Below, one piece after another: positions 1 to 13,568 of a DNA stretch of 64,000 nt. Within the stretch, counting starts at the first letter, position 1, and each line of letters starts with the position of its first letter. The notes under the pieces are model-generated. The model was not told where the DNA came from, did no database searches, and saw nothing but the letters and a program-made list of their open reading frames with translations. The stretch is from the human T2T-CHM13v2.0 reference genome, Homo sapiens: the NCBI RefSeq assembly GCF_009914755.1, contig NC_060946.1. The stretch is one strand, 5' to 3'. A program made the position numbers and the translations under genes.

Positions 1-1699
1 GGTTGTGGGGAAAGGGAAGAGGGTACAGTGACAAGAAATAAAAATTACGTATTTGGAAAAATAAACAACATGCTTTTACGCATTTTGTAAAGTATATATA
101 TGCGTATAAGTGTGTATAGAATAAGTCAAATTTGAAATAAAATGAAAATGAAGGCTGGGCAACTGTTAGTGGATGAAACAAAATGAAATAATGTCTAAGA
201 AACTGCTTCCTAAATGGCAAAGTGACATTCTAACTGAAATTATTATCACAGTTGTCCAAATAACTATTACTGTTATTAAAAGCTCAGCTTCAGCAGAATG
301 CAGGCTATGCTGGCATCTGTTCAAAAGCAAACCTTCTCACTGAAGTTTCCCTGCTCAGATTCCAAGCGGACTGGGACTCCTAGCTAAGCCAGCCCTCGGG
401 GCCAGAAGTCAGGGGAGCAGTCCTATCTGAGCATCCCCAGCACTCATCCAGGCTTTCCTACCTTGGGGGAGCCCCAGCCCCATTAATGTACCCCTCAGAG
501 AATAGTCTGCTTTCTCCTTCTCTCCTGCTAGCATGAGCCACGGTTGATCAGGGACCCCTAGTGTGGCCTGAGGTTTCCTCTCAGAGGAAAGCTGTCTTTC
601 ACCTGGAAGGCTGCTGGCCAGCAGTGGGCAGTGAGTGAGGCATGATGGGACAGCCCCTGAGCTCCTAGAAGAAGACACCTGCACCCAGCTCACTGCCCAA
701 ACCAATATGTTCATTACTCATGACTAGATGTGAGTCTGTGCATCCTTCCCCGCTATCTGTGTTTGCTGTGAGTTCTCGCGTACATGCAAAGCTGGAGGTG
801 GGTACTGAAAATCTGTGCTTCATAACAGCGCAGCATTCTATGGGGGCAGCAGGGAGAGAGGCCATCCTAACTAGGGGGTTCAGAGGACTTCACAGGAAGA
901 CGGGTGAGAAAATTAGCCATGCTTTCCCCAAGGCCAAGAATAAAAATGTCCCAAGGGATTTGGAGAAAGCATTTGAAGATGACGAAGGAAAGATAGATTG
1001 AGAAGGACATGAAAGACCAATACTAAGATCAGAATCATGTTTAGGGGCAATGGGAGCCACCAAATATTTTACAGCAGAGAATGATCAGAGAGATCCTCCT
1101 TTAACAGCAATACAGAAGAGGGCTGGGAGGGGTCAAGGCTGCAAAAGACAATGGAACATCAGGGCTTAATAAACCCCCATGGTAACAGGATTTACCCCGG
1201 AAATGTCTATCCTGAAGCTTTCTGGGAGATTCCAAGATGTCCTTATTGCCACTGTCATTAGGGAGGAAACTGAAAGCTGGATTAGGCAAGAGCCAAACCC
1301 TTGCTCTGCCTTTCGGGTCTGGTTTTGATGACATTTTGTCACCACCACATACCTACCCCCATTTCTGCATCTTTCAAAAAATGAGTTGCAAAGGTGGACT
1401 TCTCTGGGCTTCTGAGTGAAGAATTATTAAATCACAAGGCCCCAAAGACCCCAGGGTTGCTTCCTTAGGTTACTTGGGCTTGGGGTGGTCAGGGGAGGGC
1501 TCAGAGCATCATTATAAATGCAACAATGGTAAGGAACTTCTAGTTATGGAAATGTTGGAGGAGCAGGAACCCAGACTAGCCTTCCCATATAACATACAGG
1601 ACAGTGGTTCCTGGCAGATAGGAAGCAAACAGGGTGAGTCTATGAACGCTGAAGCTGATTAGCTGGAGTTTTCAGGCTGCGTCACAGAGAGCGTAGCTC

Positions 1700-2868
<1,169 letters not shown>

Positions 2869-3005
2869 AAGAGACTTTGCTCAGGAAACATGGAATAGAC
2901 ATAATTTTCCCTACTTCTGCTAAGTTCACCTAGAAATCCTGGCCATTATATGTAAAGCAAGCATGAAACAGTTCTAATAGGTGGAGAGAAGAAAGACTGG
3001 CTAGG

Positions 3006-3300
3006 GTCTGGGCGCGGTGGCTCACACCTGTAATCCCAGCACTTTAGGAGGCCGAGGTGGGTGAATCATGAGGTCAGGAGTTCGATACCAGCCTGGCCAA
3101 TATAGTGAAACCCCATCTCTACTAAAAATACAAAAAATTAGCCAGGCATGGTGGCAAGTGCCTGTAATCCCAGCTACTCAGGATGCTGAGGCAGGAGAAT
3201 CGCTTGAACCTGGGAGGTGGAGGTTGCAGTGAGCCAAGATCGCACTGTTACACTCTTACCCAGGCAACAGTGCAAGTCTCCATCTCAAGAAAAAAAAAAA
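3006..3300 (+). mobile_element. AluS (Sg-like)
   Basis: Full dimer with poly(A); TSD TGGCTAGG at 2998-3005 and 3301-3308. Confidence 0.96.
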
Positions 3301-3305
3301 TGGCT

Positions 3306-3421
3306 AGGGACCTCAAGGCCAACAAAACAACAGAGCGGTCAGGTCCCTGTGTTTTCTTTTTGCAGGGACCTCAAGGCCAACAAAACAACAGAGCGGTCAG
3401 GTCCCTGGGTTTTCTTTTTGC
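3306..3421. repeat. 58-bp tandem duplication, 2 copies, 1 mismatch
   Basis: AGGGACCTCAAGGCCAACAAAACAACAGAGCGGTCAGGTCCCTG(T/G)GTTTTCTTTTTGC at 3306-3363 and 3364-3421. Confidence 0.95.
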
Positions 3422-3670
3422 CTCATGTTTCCCAGACTTGGCACCAGAGAAGCCAGTTATCTGGATAACCAAAAGGCATGGTTGAAAAAGTCTGAATGAA
3501 ACCCAGCTCTCTTTAATCAAATAAACAGCAGAGGGGGACCTAACAAGACAGCAAACTTTTAGACAATAACTGCACTGCTTCAGCAGACACCAGAGGAAAA
3601 GCTGTGGCCCCACCACACTCATGCATCAAAGGGAGGAGAGTGGAGATCCTAGACTTCCACTCTGGCCAGA

Positions 3671-4184
3671 AGTGATGGGTGTTGTTAGGCATCAACTTGA
3701 CTGGATTAAGGGGTGCCCGGATCATGGTGAAGCATCAGCTCTGGGTGTGTCAGTGAAGGTGTTTCTGGAAGAGACTGGCCTGTGAATCCGTGGACTGAGT
3801 AAGGAAGATCCACTCTCACCCAGTGTGCCAAGGGCCATGCAGTTGGCTGAGGGCCTGAACAGAACAAAATGGCAGAGGAAGGGTGAATTTGCTTGCTTGC
3901 TTTCTCTTCTGGACACCTAGGTTCTCCTGTTCTGGGGAATCAGAAGTCCAGGCGCTCTGGCATTTGGGCTCTGGGACTAGTCCCAGTGGCCCCCCAGGTT
4001 CTCAGACCTTCAGCCTCTGACTGAGAGTTACACCATTGGTTTTCCTGGATGTGAGGCTTTCGGACTTGGAATGTGGCACACTATTGGCATCCCAGCATCT
4101 CAGCAGCTCTCCTCTTACATGCCTTCCCAGCCTCCATAATCACATAAACCACTTCCCCTAATAAATCCCCTCTCATATAGCTTC

Positions 4185-4245
<61 letters not shown>

Positions 4246-4302
4246 ACTATCCATCCATCCATCCTATTGGTTTTGTCTCTCTGGAGAATGCTGACTAATA
4301 CT
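3671..4302 (+). mobile_element. MLT2B-type ERVL solo LTR
   Basis: Start resembles TGTGATGGTTAAT...TCAACTTGACTGGATTAAGG; AATAAA near 4160; end CTGGAGAATGCTGACTAATAC; 5-bp TSD CCAGA (3666-3670, 4303-4307). Confidence 0.88.
4185..4264. repeat. Compound tetranucleotide STR (ATCT)15 AACT (ATCC)4
   Basis: Counted directly; lies inside the MLT2B LTR. Confidence 0.97.
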
Positions 4303-5320
4303 CCAGATTATAACATGGTGTCCGAGTACTTCCCTCCACCCCAATGGCAGAGGATGTCGGAGAAGGCTGAGTAGGAAAACCCCTGTCTTCCCACTTCCTA
4401 GTGTCCTAGTGTCAAGGGAGAACCCACACCCACCCAGTGGTAATGAGAACCCCACCCCTGAATGGGGTAGTGTCAGAGAAGGATTGGTTCAACCAGGACT
4501 TTCACCACCACTCAGTGGAACTGAGGCCTCCTCCCATCCGGACCCTGTCAGTGGAGACTGTGTGGTGAGCAGTGAGCAGAGGAGGCATTCCTCCCTGTAC
4601 CAGCCAGGCTGGTATCAGCGTAGGCCTAAGGGAGAGCTCAAACTCCCACCCCATCCACCAATAACGAGATGTCCCTCCAACTGGGTTTCAATGGAGGCAA
4701 GTAGAGATCCTGGACTTCCAGCAGTAATGGGGTGGTGCCCACCTTCCCCCACCAGAGGAGCTTCAGAGGAGGCTTACTGAAACATAAGATTTAAATAAGA
4801 TTCAGAATTGCATAACATAATATCCAAAAGGTCCAGTTTTCAATAGAAAATCACTCATTATACCAAGAACCATTAAGATCTCAACTTGAATAAGACAAAA
4901 CCACTGACAGCTGCCAACTTTAAGATATCACAGATGTTAAACTCGACTGAAAAGGATTTTAAAGAAGTCATCATAAAAATGCTTCAAAGAGCAATTTGGA
5001 ACATCTAAGACATGAATCAAAAAAGTCTCTGCAAAGAAATAGAAAAGTTTAGAATTGAAAATTTTAGAAGAGAAAATGGAAATTTTAAAACAAAAAAAAA
5101 GCACTGAAAAACAAATCCTCAATAGTTTCAACAGCAAATTAATAGGACAGAGGAATTGATTATTTTTGACATAGAACAACAGAAATTACCTCATGGAAAA
5201 CAGAGGAAATAGACTTACAAGAAAAGAACAGAGTCTTAGAGGCACTGGGGACTATAACAAAGGATTTAACATTTGTGTCATCAGTGTTCTAGAAGGAGAG
5301 AAGAAAGAAGCTGGAGCTGA

Positions 5321-5435
5321 GGCCAGGTGCAGTGGCTCATGCCTGTAGTCCCAGGACATTGGAAGGCCAAAACAGGAGGATTGCTTGAGCCCAGAAATTC
5401 AAGATCAGCCTAGGCAACATATTGAGACCCCATCT

Positions 5436-5484
<49 letters not shown>

Positions 5485-5659
5485 TACAAAAATTAGCTGA
5501 GCATGGTGGTGTGTACTTATAGTCCCAGCTGCTCGAGAGGCTGAGGTGTAAGGATCACTTGAGTCCAGGAGGTCAGCTGAAGTGAGCTGTGATTATGCTG
5601 CTGCAGTCCAGTCTGGGTCTTTTTTTTTTTTAAGACCCTGTCTTAAAAAAAAAAAAAAA
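5321..5659 (+). mobile_element. AluJ with (CA)23 in the linker
   Basis: GGAGGATTGCTTGAGCCCAG (J-type); (CA)23 at 5437-5482; poly(A) 5645-5659. Confidence 0.93.
5437..5482. repeat. (CA)23 microsatellite
   Basis: Counted directly. Confidence 0.97.
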
Positions 5660-6055
5660 GGAAAGAAATTGAAACTTAAAAGTATTTAAAGAAATAATGG
5701 CTGGAAATTCCCCAGATTTGGTAAAACACATAAACAAATATCCAAATTTAGTAAGCTGAGGAAATCACAGCAAGGTAGATCTAAAGAAATCTACACCAAT
5801 ACACATCAGAATCAAACTTCTGAAAACTAAAGACAAAGAAAAACCCTTGAAATCAGACAAAGAAAAAAATTGCCTGTAAGGGTAATTTTAATGACAGTGA
5901 ATTTCTCATCCAAAACCAACCCAGAAGGCATTGGCATTACAGTGCAGAAAGGGAATGACTGTCAACATAGAATTGTATATTCAGCAAAAATAGCCCTCAG
6001 GACTAAAGGCAGAACCAAGATATTCTCAGATCAAGGAAGCTTAAGAGTATTTGTT

Positions 6056-6356
<301 letters not shown>

Positions 6357-6750
6357 TCACTAGTAGACCTATCCTGAGAGAATGGCTATGGGGATATCTC
6401 TAAACAGAAAGAGGATGATAAAGGAAGGAATCATGTAACAACAGGAAGAAAGGAAGAACAAAAGAGAGAGTAAACATATGAGAAAAATACAACAGGCTTT
6501 CCTTACCTGTGTGAGTTTTCTAAATTATGCATGATGGTGGAAGCAAAAATTATAATGCTGTATAATGCCGTTCTCAATGTATGCACGGGAAATATTTAAG
6601 ACAATTATATTAAAAATGGGGAAGGGTAAAGGAACATAAAAGGAGTTAAGTTTTCTACACAACACTTTGGTTAAATGTTAACTCCTATACGCTATGATAA
6701 GTTATGTATATATCATGAATACTTAAGGGCAACTATTTAAGGACAGTTAT

Positions 6751-7034
6751 GGCCGGATGCAGTGGCTTATGCCTGTAATCCCAGAACTTTGGGAGGCTGA
6801 GGCAAGGGATCGTTTGAGCCCAGGGGTTTGAGACCAACCTGAGCAATATGACGAAAGCCCTCTCTACAAAAAAAAAAAAAAAAAAAAAAAAAAATTAGCC
6901 GGGCTTGATAGTATGCATCTATAGTCCCAGTTACCTGGGAGGCTGAGATGGGAGAACCACCTGAACCCGGAAGATTCAGGCTGCAGTGAGCCGTGATCAT
7001 AGCATTGCTTTCCAGTCCGGGCAATAGAGTGAGA
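6751..7034 (+). mobile_element. AluJ with expanded central A-run and no 3' poly(A) tail
   Basis: GGCCGGATGCAGTGGCT...GGATCGTTTGAGCCCAGG; long A-run about 6868-6894; ends abruptly at GCAATAGAGTGAGA. Confidence 0.92.
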
Positions 7035-7118
7035 ATATATGAGTGTTTTGAATGTATGAAAGATATATTCAAAAACATTATGGGTAAATGAAGATGGAAT
7101 TTTAAAGTTTGTTCAGTT

Positions 7119-7180
7119 TGATCCACCTGCCTCGGCGTCCCAAAGTGCTGGGATTACAGGTGTGAGCCACTGCACCCGGC
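7119..7180 (-). mobile_element. Alu 5'-end fragment (about 60 bp)
   Basis: TGATCCACCTGCCTCGGCGTCCCAAAGTGCTGGGATTACAGGTGTGAGCCACTGCACCCGGC is the reverse complement of the first ~60 nt of Alu. Confidence 0.93.
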
Positions 7181-7372
7181 TGCCTGCTTTTTATCCTGGC
7201 CATGCTGGCAGCTGATTAGATGGTGCCCACTCACGTTGAGGGTAGGTCTGCCTTTCCCAGTCCGCTGACTCAAATATGAATCTCCTTTGGCAACACCCTC
7301 ACAGACACACCCAGGATCAATAATTTGCATCCTTCAGTCCAATCCAGTTGACACCCAATATGAACCATCACA
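7181..7372 (-). mobile_element. MLT2A (HERVL LTR) 5' half
   Basis: GCAGCTGATTAGATGGTGCCCAC...GGCAACACCCTCACAGACACACCCAGG...AACCATCACA; matches the corresponding half of the LTR at 21583-22146. Confidence 0.9.
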
Positions 7373-7763
7373 GTGGAGCAAAACAAATCCAAAGGCACAA
7401 AGCAGAAAATAATAAAAATAAAAGCAGCTATCAATGAAATTGACAACAGAAACAATACCGAATATCAATGAAACAGAAAGCTCATTTTTGATAATACTAA
7501 TAAAATAGACAAGCCTTTAGCAAGTCTGACAAACACGAACAGAAAACACGAAACTTAGGAATATCAGGAAGGAAACAGGTGGTATCACCACAGGCCTTGC
7601 AGACATCAGGTGATAACAAAGGGATACCACGAACAACTCTATACATTAAAACTTGACAAAATGGATGAAATGGACCAATTCCTCAAAAAGTACAAACTGT
7701 TTTAACTGGCCCAATATGAAATAGTTCATTGAATAGCCCATAACTATTAAGAAAACTGAATTT

Positions 7764-8147
<384 letters not shown>

Positions 8148-9045
8148 TCACCAAGCATTTAAAAAATAATTAATACTAATTTTAGACAATCTCTTCCAGA
8201 AAATTGTAGAGGATAAGACATAAATCAACTCATTTTCTGAAGCCAGTGATATTGACATCAAAGCAAAAGAAAGTAGAAAAAAAAACTAAAGGCAAATATT
8301 CTAATATGAATATAGATGCAGAAATTTTTAACAAAATACAATTTTTTTAACTAAAAACTCTTTAGAGTTCTTAACAAAATTTAATGATATGTAAAACAAA
8401 ATATACACCATGACCAAGTGGAATTTATTCCAGGGATCAAGATTGATTCAATATTTTAACATCAATGAATGCAACACACCATATTAAGAAACTAAAGGGA
8501 AAAAATCACAATCATGTCAATTGATGCAGGGAAAAAAGCATCTGACAAAATCCAACACCCACTTATGATAAAAACTCTCAAGAAACTAGGAATGGAAGGG
8601 AGCTTCCTCAACTTGATAAAAAGCATCTATAAAAAAACGAACAAACAAAAATTCTACAAATGATGGTATACTTAATGGTGAAAGTCAAAATGCTTTTCTC
8701 CTAAGGGTGGGAACAAGGCCAGGATATTTGTTCTCACCAGTCCTATTCAACAGAGTGCTGAAACTGCTAGCCAGTGCAGAATAAGACAATAGGAAAAAAA
8801 AAAAAAGGCTACACAGGTGGGAAGAAAGATAAAAATGGTTGCCATCTGCAGATGACACCATTGTTTACCTAGAAATACCATAGGAAATCTGCAAAAAAAA
8901 AAAAAAAACCCTAAAACATGTCCTTCATCTAATAATTGTGTTTCTCAGTATCACAGAATACAAAGTCAACATGAAAAAAAGCAATTGTATTTCTATATAC
9001 TAGCAATGCCAATGTGGAAAGTGAAATTTTAGAAAGTACAATGTT

Positions 9046-9337
<292 letters not shown>

Positions 9338-9635
9338 TTATGATTATTCAAAAAGTAAAATATTTAGGTATAGATGTAATAAAACATGTACATGACTTGT
9401 ACACTGAAATCTACAAAATACTAATGAAAATCAAAGAAGATCCAAATTAATAGAAAGACGTACCATTTTTGTTGAGTGAAGATTCAACATTGTAAAGACA
9501 TTAATTCCATCTCTAATTGATCTACTAGTTCAATCCAATTCCTATCAAAATCCCAGCAAGATATTTTTGTAGATATATACAAGATTACTGTGAAATTCAT
9601 ATAGAAAGGGAAAGGAACTAGAAAATAGAACATTT

Positions 9636-9955
9636 GGCTGGGCGCGGTGGCTCATGCCTGCAATCCCAGCACTTTGGGAGGCCGAGATGGGCAGATCACG
9701 AGGTCAGGAGATCAAGACCATCCTGGCTAACACTGTGAAACCCTCTCTCTACTAAAAATACGAAAATTAGCCGGGCATGGTGGCGGGCACCTGTAGTCCC
9801 AGCTACTCAGGAGGCTGAGGCAGGAGAATCGATTCTTGAACCCGGGAGGCAGAGCTTGCAGTGAGCCGAGATCGCACACTGCACTCCACTCCAGCCTGGG
9901 CAACAGAGCAAGACTCGGTCTCAAAAAATAAAAATAAAAAATAAAAAAAAAAAAA
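9636..9955 (+). mobile_element. AluY/Sc8-like
   Basis: GATCACGAGGTCAGGAGATCAAGACCATCCTGGCTAAC, GAGCTTGCAGTGAGCC; (AAAAAT)n tail. Confidence 0.95.
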
Positions 9956-10680
9956 CACTTCTGGAAAAGAAGAATAAAGTATATGAATCACTTTACCTGG
10001 TTTCAATACTCATGATATAGCTACTGTAATTAAGACTGTGGTATTGGCAGAAGGATAAAAACAGATTAATGGAACAGAATAGAGTACCTAGAAGTAGCTT
10101 CATACAAATATGGCCAATTAATATTTTATAAAGGTGAAATTGTACTGGAACAATTGGAAATCCATACACAAAAGAAAAAAAAAACTCAACCTGAACCTCA
10201 CAGCTTACATAAAAATTAACTCAAAATGGATTATAGATTTAAATGTTAAATGTAGAGTCATGAAACTTTTAGAATATTACATGGGAGGAAATCTTTGGGA
10301 CATAGGGCATGGCTAAGTGTTCTTATAAATGACACCAAACACACATGATTCAAAGAAAAATGATACATCGGTTTTCATCACAATTAAAAACTTTTGCTCT
10401 GCAAAAGATTATGCTCTGTCCGAATTCCCAGCACTGGTGCAGATGGACAGTAGTTTCCCTCTAGAAAGACTTTCTACCTTAGTAGATTACAAACTTATTT
10501 CTTATAAGAAGTTGGATTTGGAGCACCTACTTCTATTTCTCATTGTTTCTAATTGCAGGCTCCTATTTGGAAATCAATTGTTTTTGTGTTTTGCACTTTG
10601 CTCCAAATTTTGCCTACACTGGGCCTGAATCTTGGCATCCGCTGGAACAAGTCAAGAGCAAGGCAACCTAAGGAAGTAAA

Positions 10681-10918
10681 TGTGTGTGAGGGGCTTGTGT
10701 GATAGGTGTGTGAATGTGTATATGTTGTATGTGTACCTGTGTTTTTATATGCATGTATGTGCACGTATACATGTGAATGTGTGGTGTTCACATGTATGTG
10801 TGTTGTGTGCTCATGCACATGTGTGTATGTTTATGTATGTTGTGTGTGGTGCAGCATGCATGTGTGTGTGGTGTGATGTGTATGTGTGCGTGTATGTTGT
10901 ATGTGCATATATGTGTGT
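10681..10918. repeat. Degenerate (TG)n/(TATG)n low-complexity tract
   Basis: About 240 bp of mostly alternating TG/TA/CA. Confidence 0.92.
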
Positions 10919-11049
10919 AGGGAGGTGGTGATGGTTGCAACTTGGCATGATTTTGCTCCTGGCAGTCCTGGTGCAGGCTGCTTGGAAATTTTTTCTTGGG
11001 AAATTTGAACTTCAGGAAAGCATTTTATATTCCAGAACACATGCCCCCA

Positions 11050-11560
11050 CATGAAAACGCGAAAGGTGTCAGAGGTAGCGTTTCTACCTGTGGGCCTGCG
11101 GAGAGCTACGTGGATCTTCCCCTCCCAACAGTCGAGAAGACTCGAGGCCGCCTCTGAGCACCTCCCCTGGCTCAGCGGAGTACAGTGCACCGTCCCCACA
11201 GCTCCTTCCTGAGCTTTCGGTCCACTTTAAATCAATAGCAGAAGAATGTATTTGATTATCAGGCTGATTTTACTCTCTGTGCTCTAATGAAGAGCCCATA
11301 TTATGCAAATGCATATGATGATGACAGCAGGTTTTTAAACTGCAAATTCATTCTCCAAGCTCAAAATAAACTTTTGTTGTGGGGTGGGGGACGGTGTACT
11401 ATAACACAAGGAAGATGGGAAAACTCATTTCAGAAAGAATGCATCCCAGGAAAAAAAATAATTAAGCTCCTTAGAATTAATTTGAAGGCTTTCGTATTTA
11501 TCTTTTGTGACTCATTGTTGAAAGTTAGAAGAACCAATCAACCCTATTCCTTCATTCTGT
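11050..11560. promoter_or_regulatory. Candidate enhancer-like unique sequence
   Basis: Non-repeat; CpG cluster 11057-11220; AAATCAATA (ONECUT-like) 11229-11237; octamer ATGCAAAT 11303-11310; TGACTCA 11508-11514 overlapping SOX-like CATTGTT 11513-11519. Motif evidence only. Confidence 0.35.
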
Positions 11561-12745
11561 CAAATTAAAGAAAAAGAAACTGTAGTCCCAATGGGAATGA
11601 AAAATATCATTTGTATTCAGGGCTCTTTAGAGACAGTTGCATTTGGGTGCGTGGGAAGACCTGGCCTCCTGCTCTGAGCCTTTCTTGTCCACCAGCCCGG
11701 CTGGAAACTGCAGGGATGGCAGCGCCCCTCCTGCTGGTGAGCAGCTCCTGAGGGGGCTTCACCTGGGTAGAAAAGTGAGGAGGGACCCCCAGCCCTTCTA
11801 CCCATCCATGAGGAAGGGGAAAGGCAAAATCAAGTTTGTTTATTACTTTTGAGGCCAATTTTAAAATGCCAAGGGTCATTTTTTCTCCCCTGTAAAGGAT
11901 AAAGGACTAGGCAGAGCTTGTGGGTACAAATGTCACAGCCAGCTGTCTTGCACTGGGGTGGGGGCTGGGACACAAGGCCAGGGGTGCGTGGATCCCTTGC
12001 AGCCATGTGCTGGGTCACACCTGAACCCTGCCCTACACGCACATCCCTTACCAGTGCCTTCCGCACCTATCACCATTTGACCTAGTCTCTGCTGAATTTG
12101 GGAAAGGTCTCCCCTTCCCGGGAGAATTGATTGTTGATTCTTTCAGGAGTGAGAGGTAAGACCTCAGGACTCCCTGAGATGGAAACGAGGCTCTTCCTAC
12201 AGGTCTGCGTCGAGTTCCCATGTGCCCAGAGTGGTTCTTCTCTTCCACAGACTCCAAACCACCACATGGCTCTTCAGGACACACCTGTACCAGACATGAG
12301 CTCACCTGCCTGTTTCCTGGTACTCTTATCTTGAGTTGGTGGTAATCCAACCCAGACTCACCCCAGCCTAAAAAAGAAAGAAAGGAATCTGGTGGTTTAG
12401 CTACTAAAAGACCCAGTAGTCACACTGGGCTTAGGAGCTTGCAGAACAGGGTGGAAAATCTGTCTCTCTCCATTTCTCATTTCTCCAGAAAGGATGGCTG
12501 GTTTAAGGGGGCTTGGGGGAGGAAATTCCTTCCCTCTGTGGTCTCCAACCAAGTCAGAGTGAGACTACCACTGCCTTGTGTGAGTCCAATACCCATTACT
12601 GTTGGCGTGACCACTGTCTTTGTCTATCATCAAATTGCTATTTGTAACTCATTGTGATGCTTTGTACAGACTGTAACAAACATACTATTTTTGTAGGTGT
12701 GCATCTACCATCACCTGGGCATAATTCTGCCTCCAGCTGTGTATT

Positions 12746-13106
12746 TGATTTAGTCTGTTCTCATGCTGCCGATAAAGACATACTCGAGACTGGGTAATTT
12801 ATAAAGGAAAGAGGTTTGATTGACTCACAGTTCCACCTGCCTAGGGAGGCCTCACAATCCTGGCAGAAGGTGAGAGGCATGTCTTACAGGGCAGCAGGCA
12901 AGAGAGAATGAGAGACAAGTGAAAGGAGAAACCCCTCATAAAACCATCAGATTTCGTGAGACTTATTCACTACCACAAGAACAGTATGGGGGAAACCAAT
13001 CCCATGATTCAATTATCTCCCACTGGGTCCCTCCCACAACATGTGGGAATTATGGGAGCTACAATTCAAGGTGAGATTTAGGTGGGGACACAGCCAAACC
13101 CTATCA
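12746..13106 (-). mobile_element. THE1C/THE1D MaLR solo LTR
   Basis: TTAGTCTGTTCTCATGCTGC.GATAAAGACATAC...GGTGGGGACACAGCCAAACCCTATCA; TSD GTATT (12741-12745, 13107-13111). Confidence 0.93.
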
Positions 13107-13208
13107 GTATTGTTTCTAGCTCATGGTGCTGTGTGGAGCCTTCCAGCGCATGAATATATTGCTTTGGTTCACTTTTGGTTGGTGGTGTTTTAGAAGGATA
13201 ATACCAGG

Positions 13209-13568
13209 CATATTAATCCATTTTCATGTTGCTGAGAAAGACATACCTGAGACTGGGAAGAAAAGGAGGTTTAACTGGACTTACAGTTCCACATGGCTGG
13301 GGAGGCCTCAGAATCATGGCAGGAGGCAAAAGGCACTTCTTACATGGCAGCGGCAAGAGAAAATAAGGAAGAAACAAAAGTGGAAACCCCTAGTAAAACC
13401 ATCAGATCTCATGAAACGTATTCAGTATCATGAGACTAGCATGGGAATGACTGGTCCCCATGATTTAATCACCACCATCCCCAGGTCCCTCCCACAACAT
13501 GAGGGAATTATGGGAGATACAATTCAAGTTGAGATTTGGGTGGGGACACAGCCAAACAAACCACACCA
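13209..13568 (-). mobile_element. THE1A/THE1B MaLR solo LTR
   Basis: GACTGGGAAGAAAAGGAGGTTTAACTGGACTTACAGTTCCAC and GGAGATACAATTCAAGTTGAGATTTGG are THE1A/B-type positions. Confidence 0.92.
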
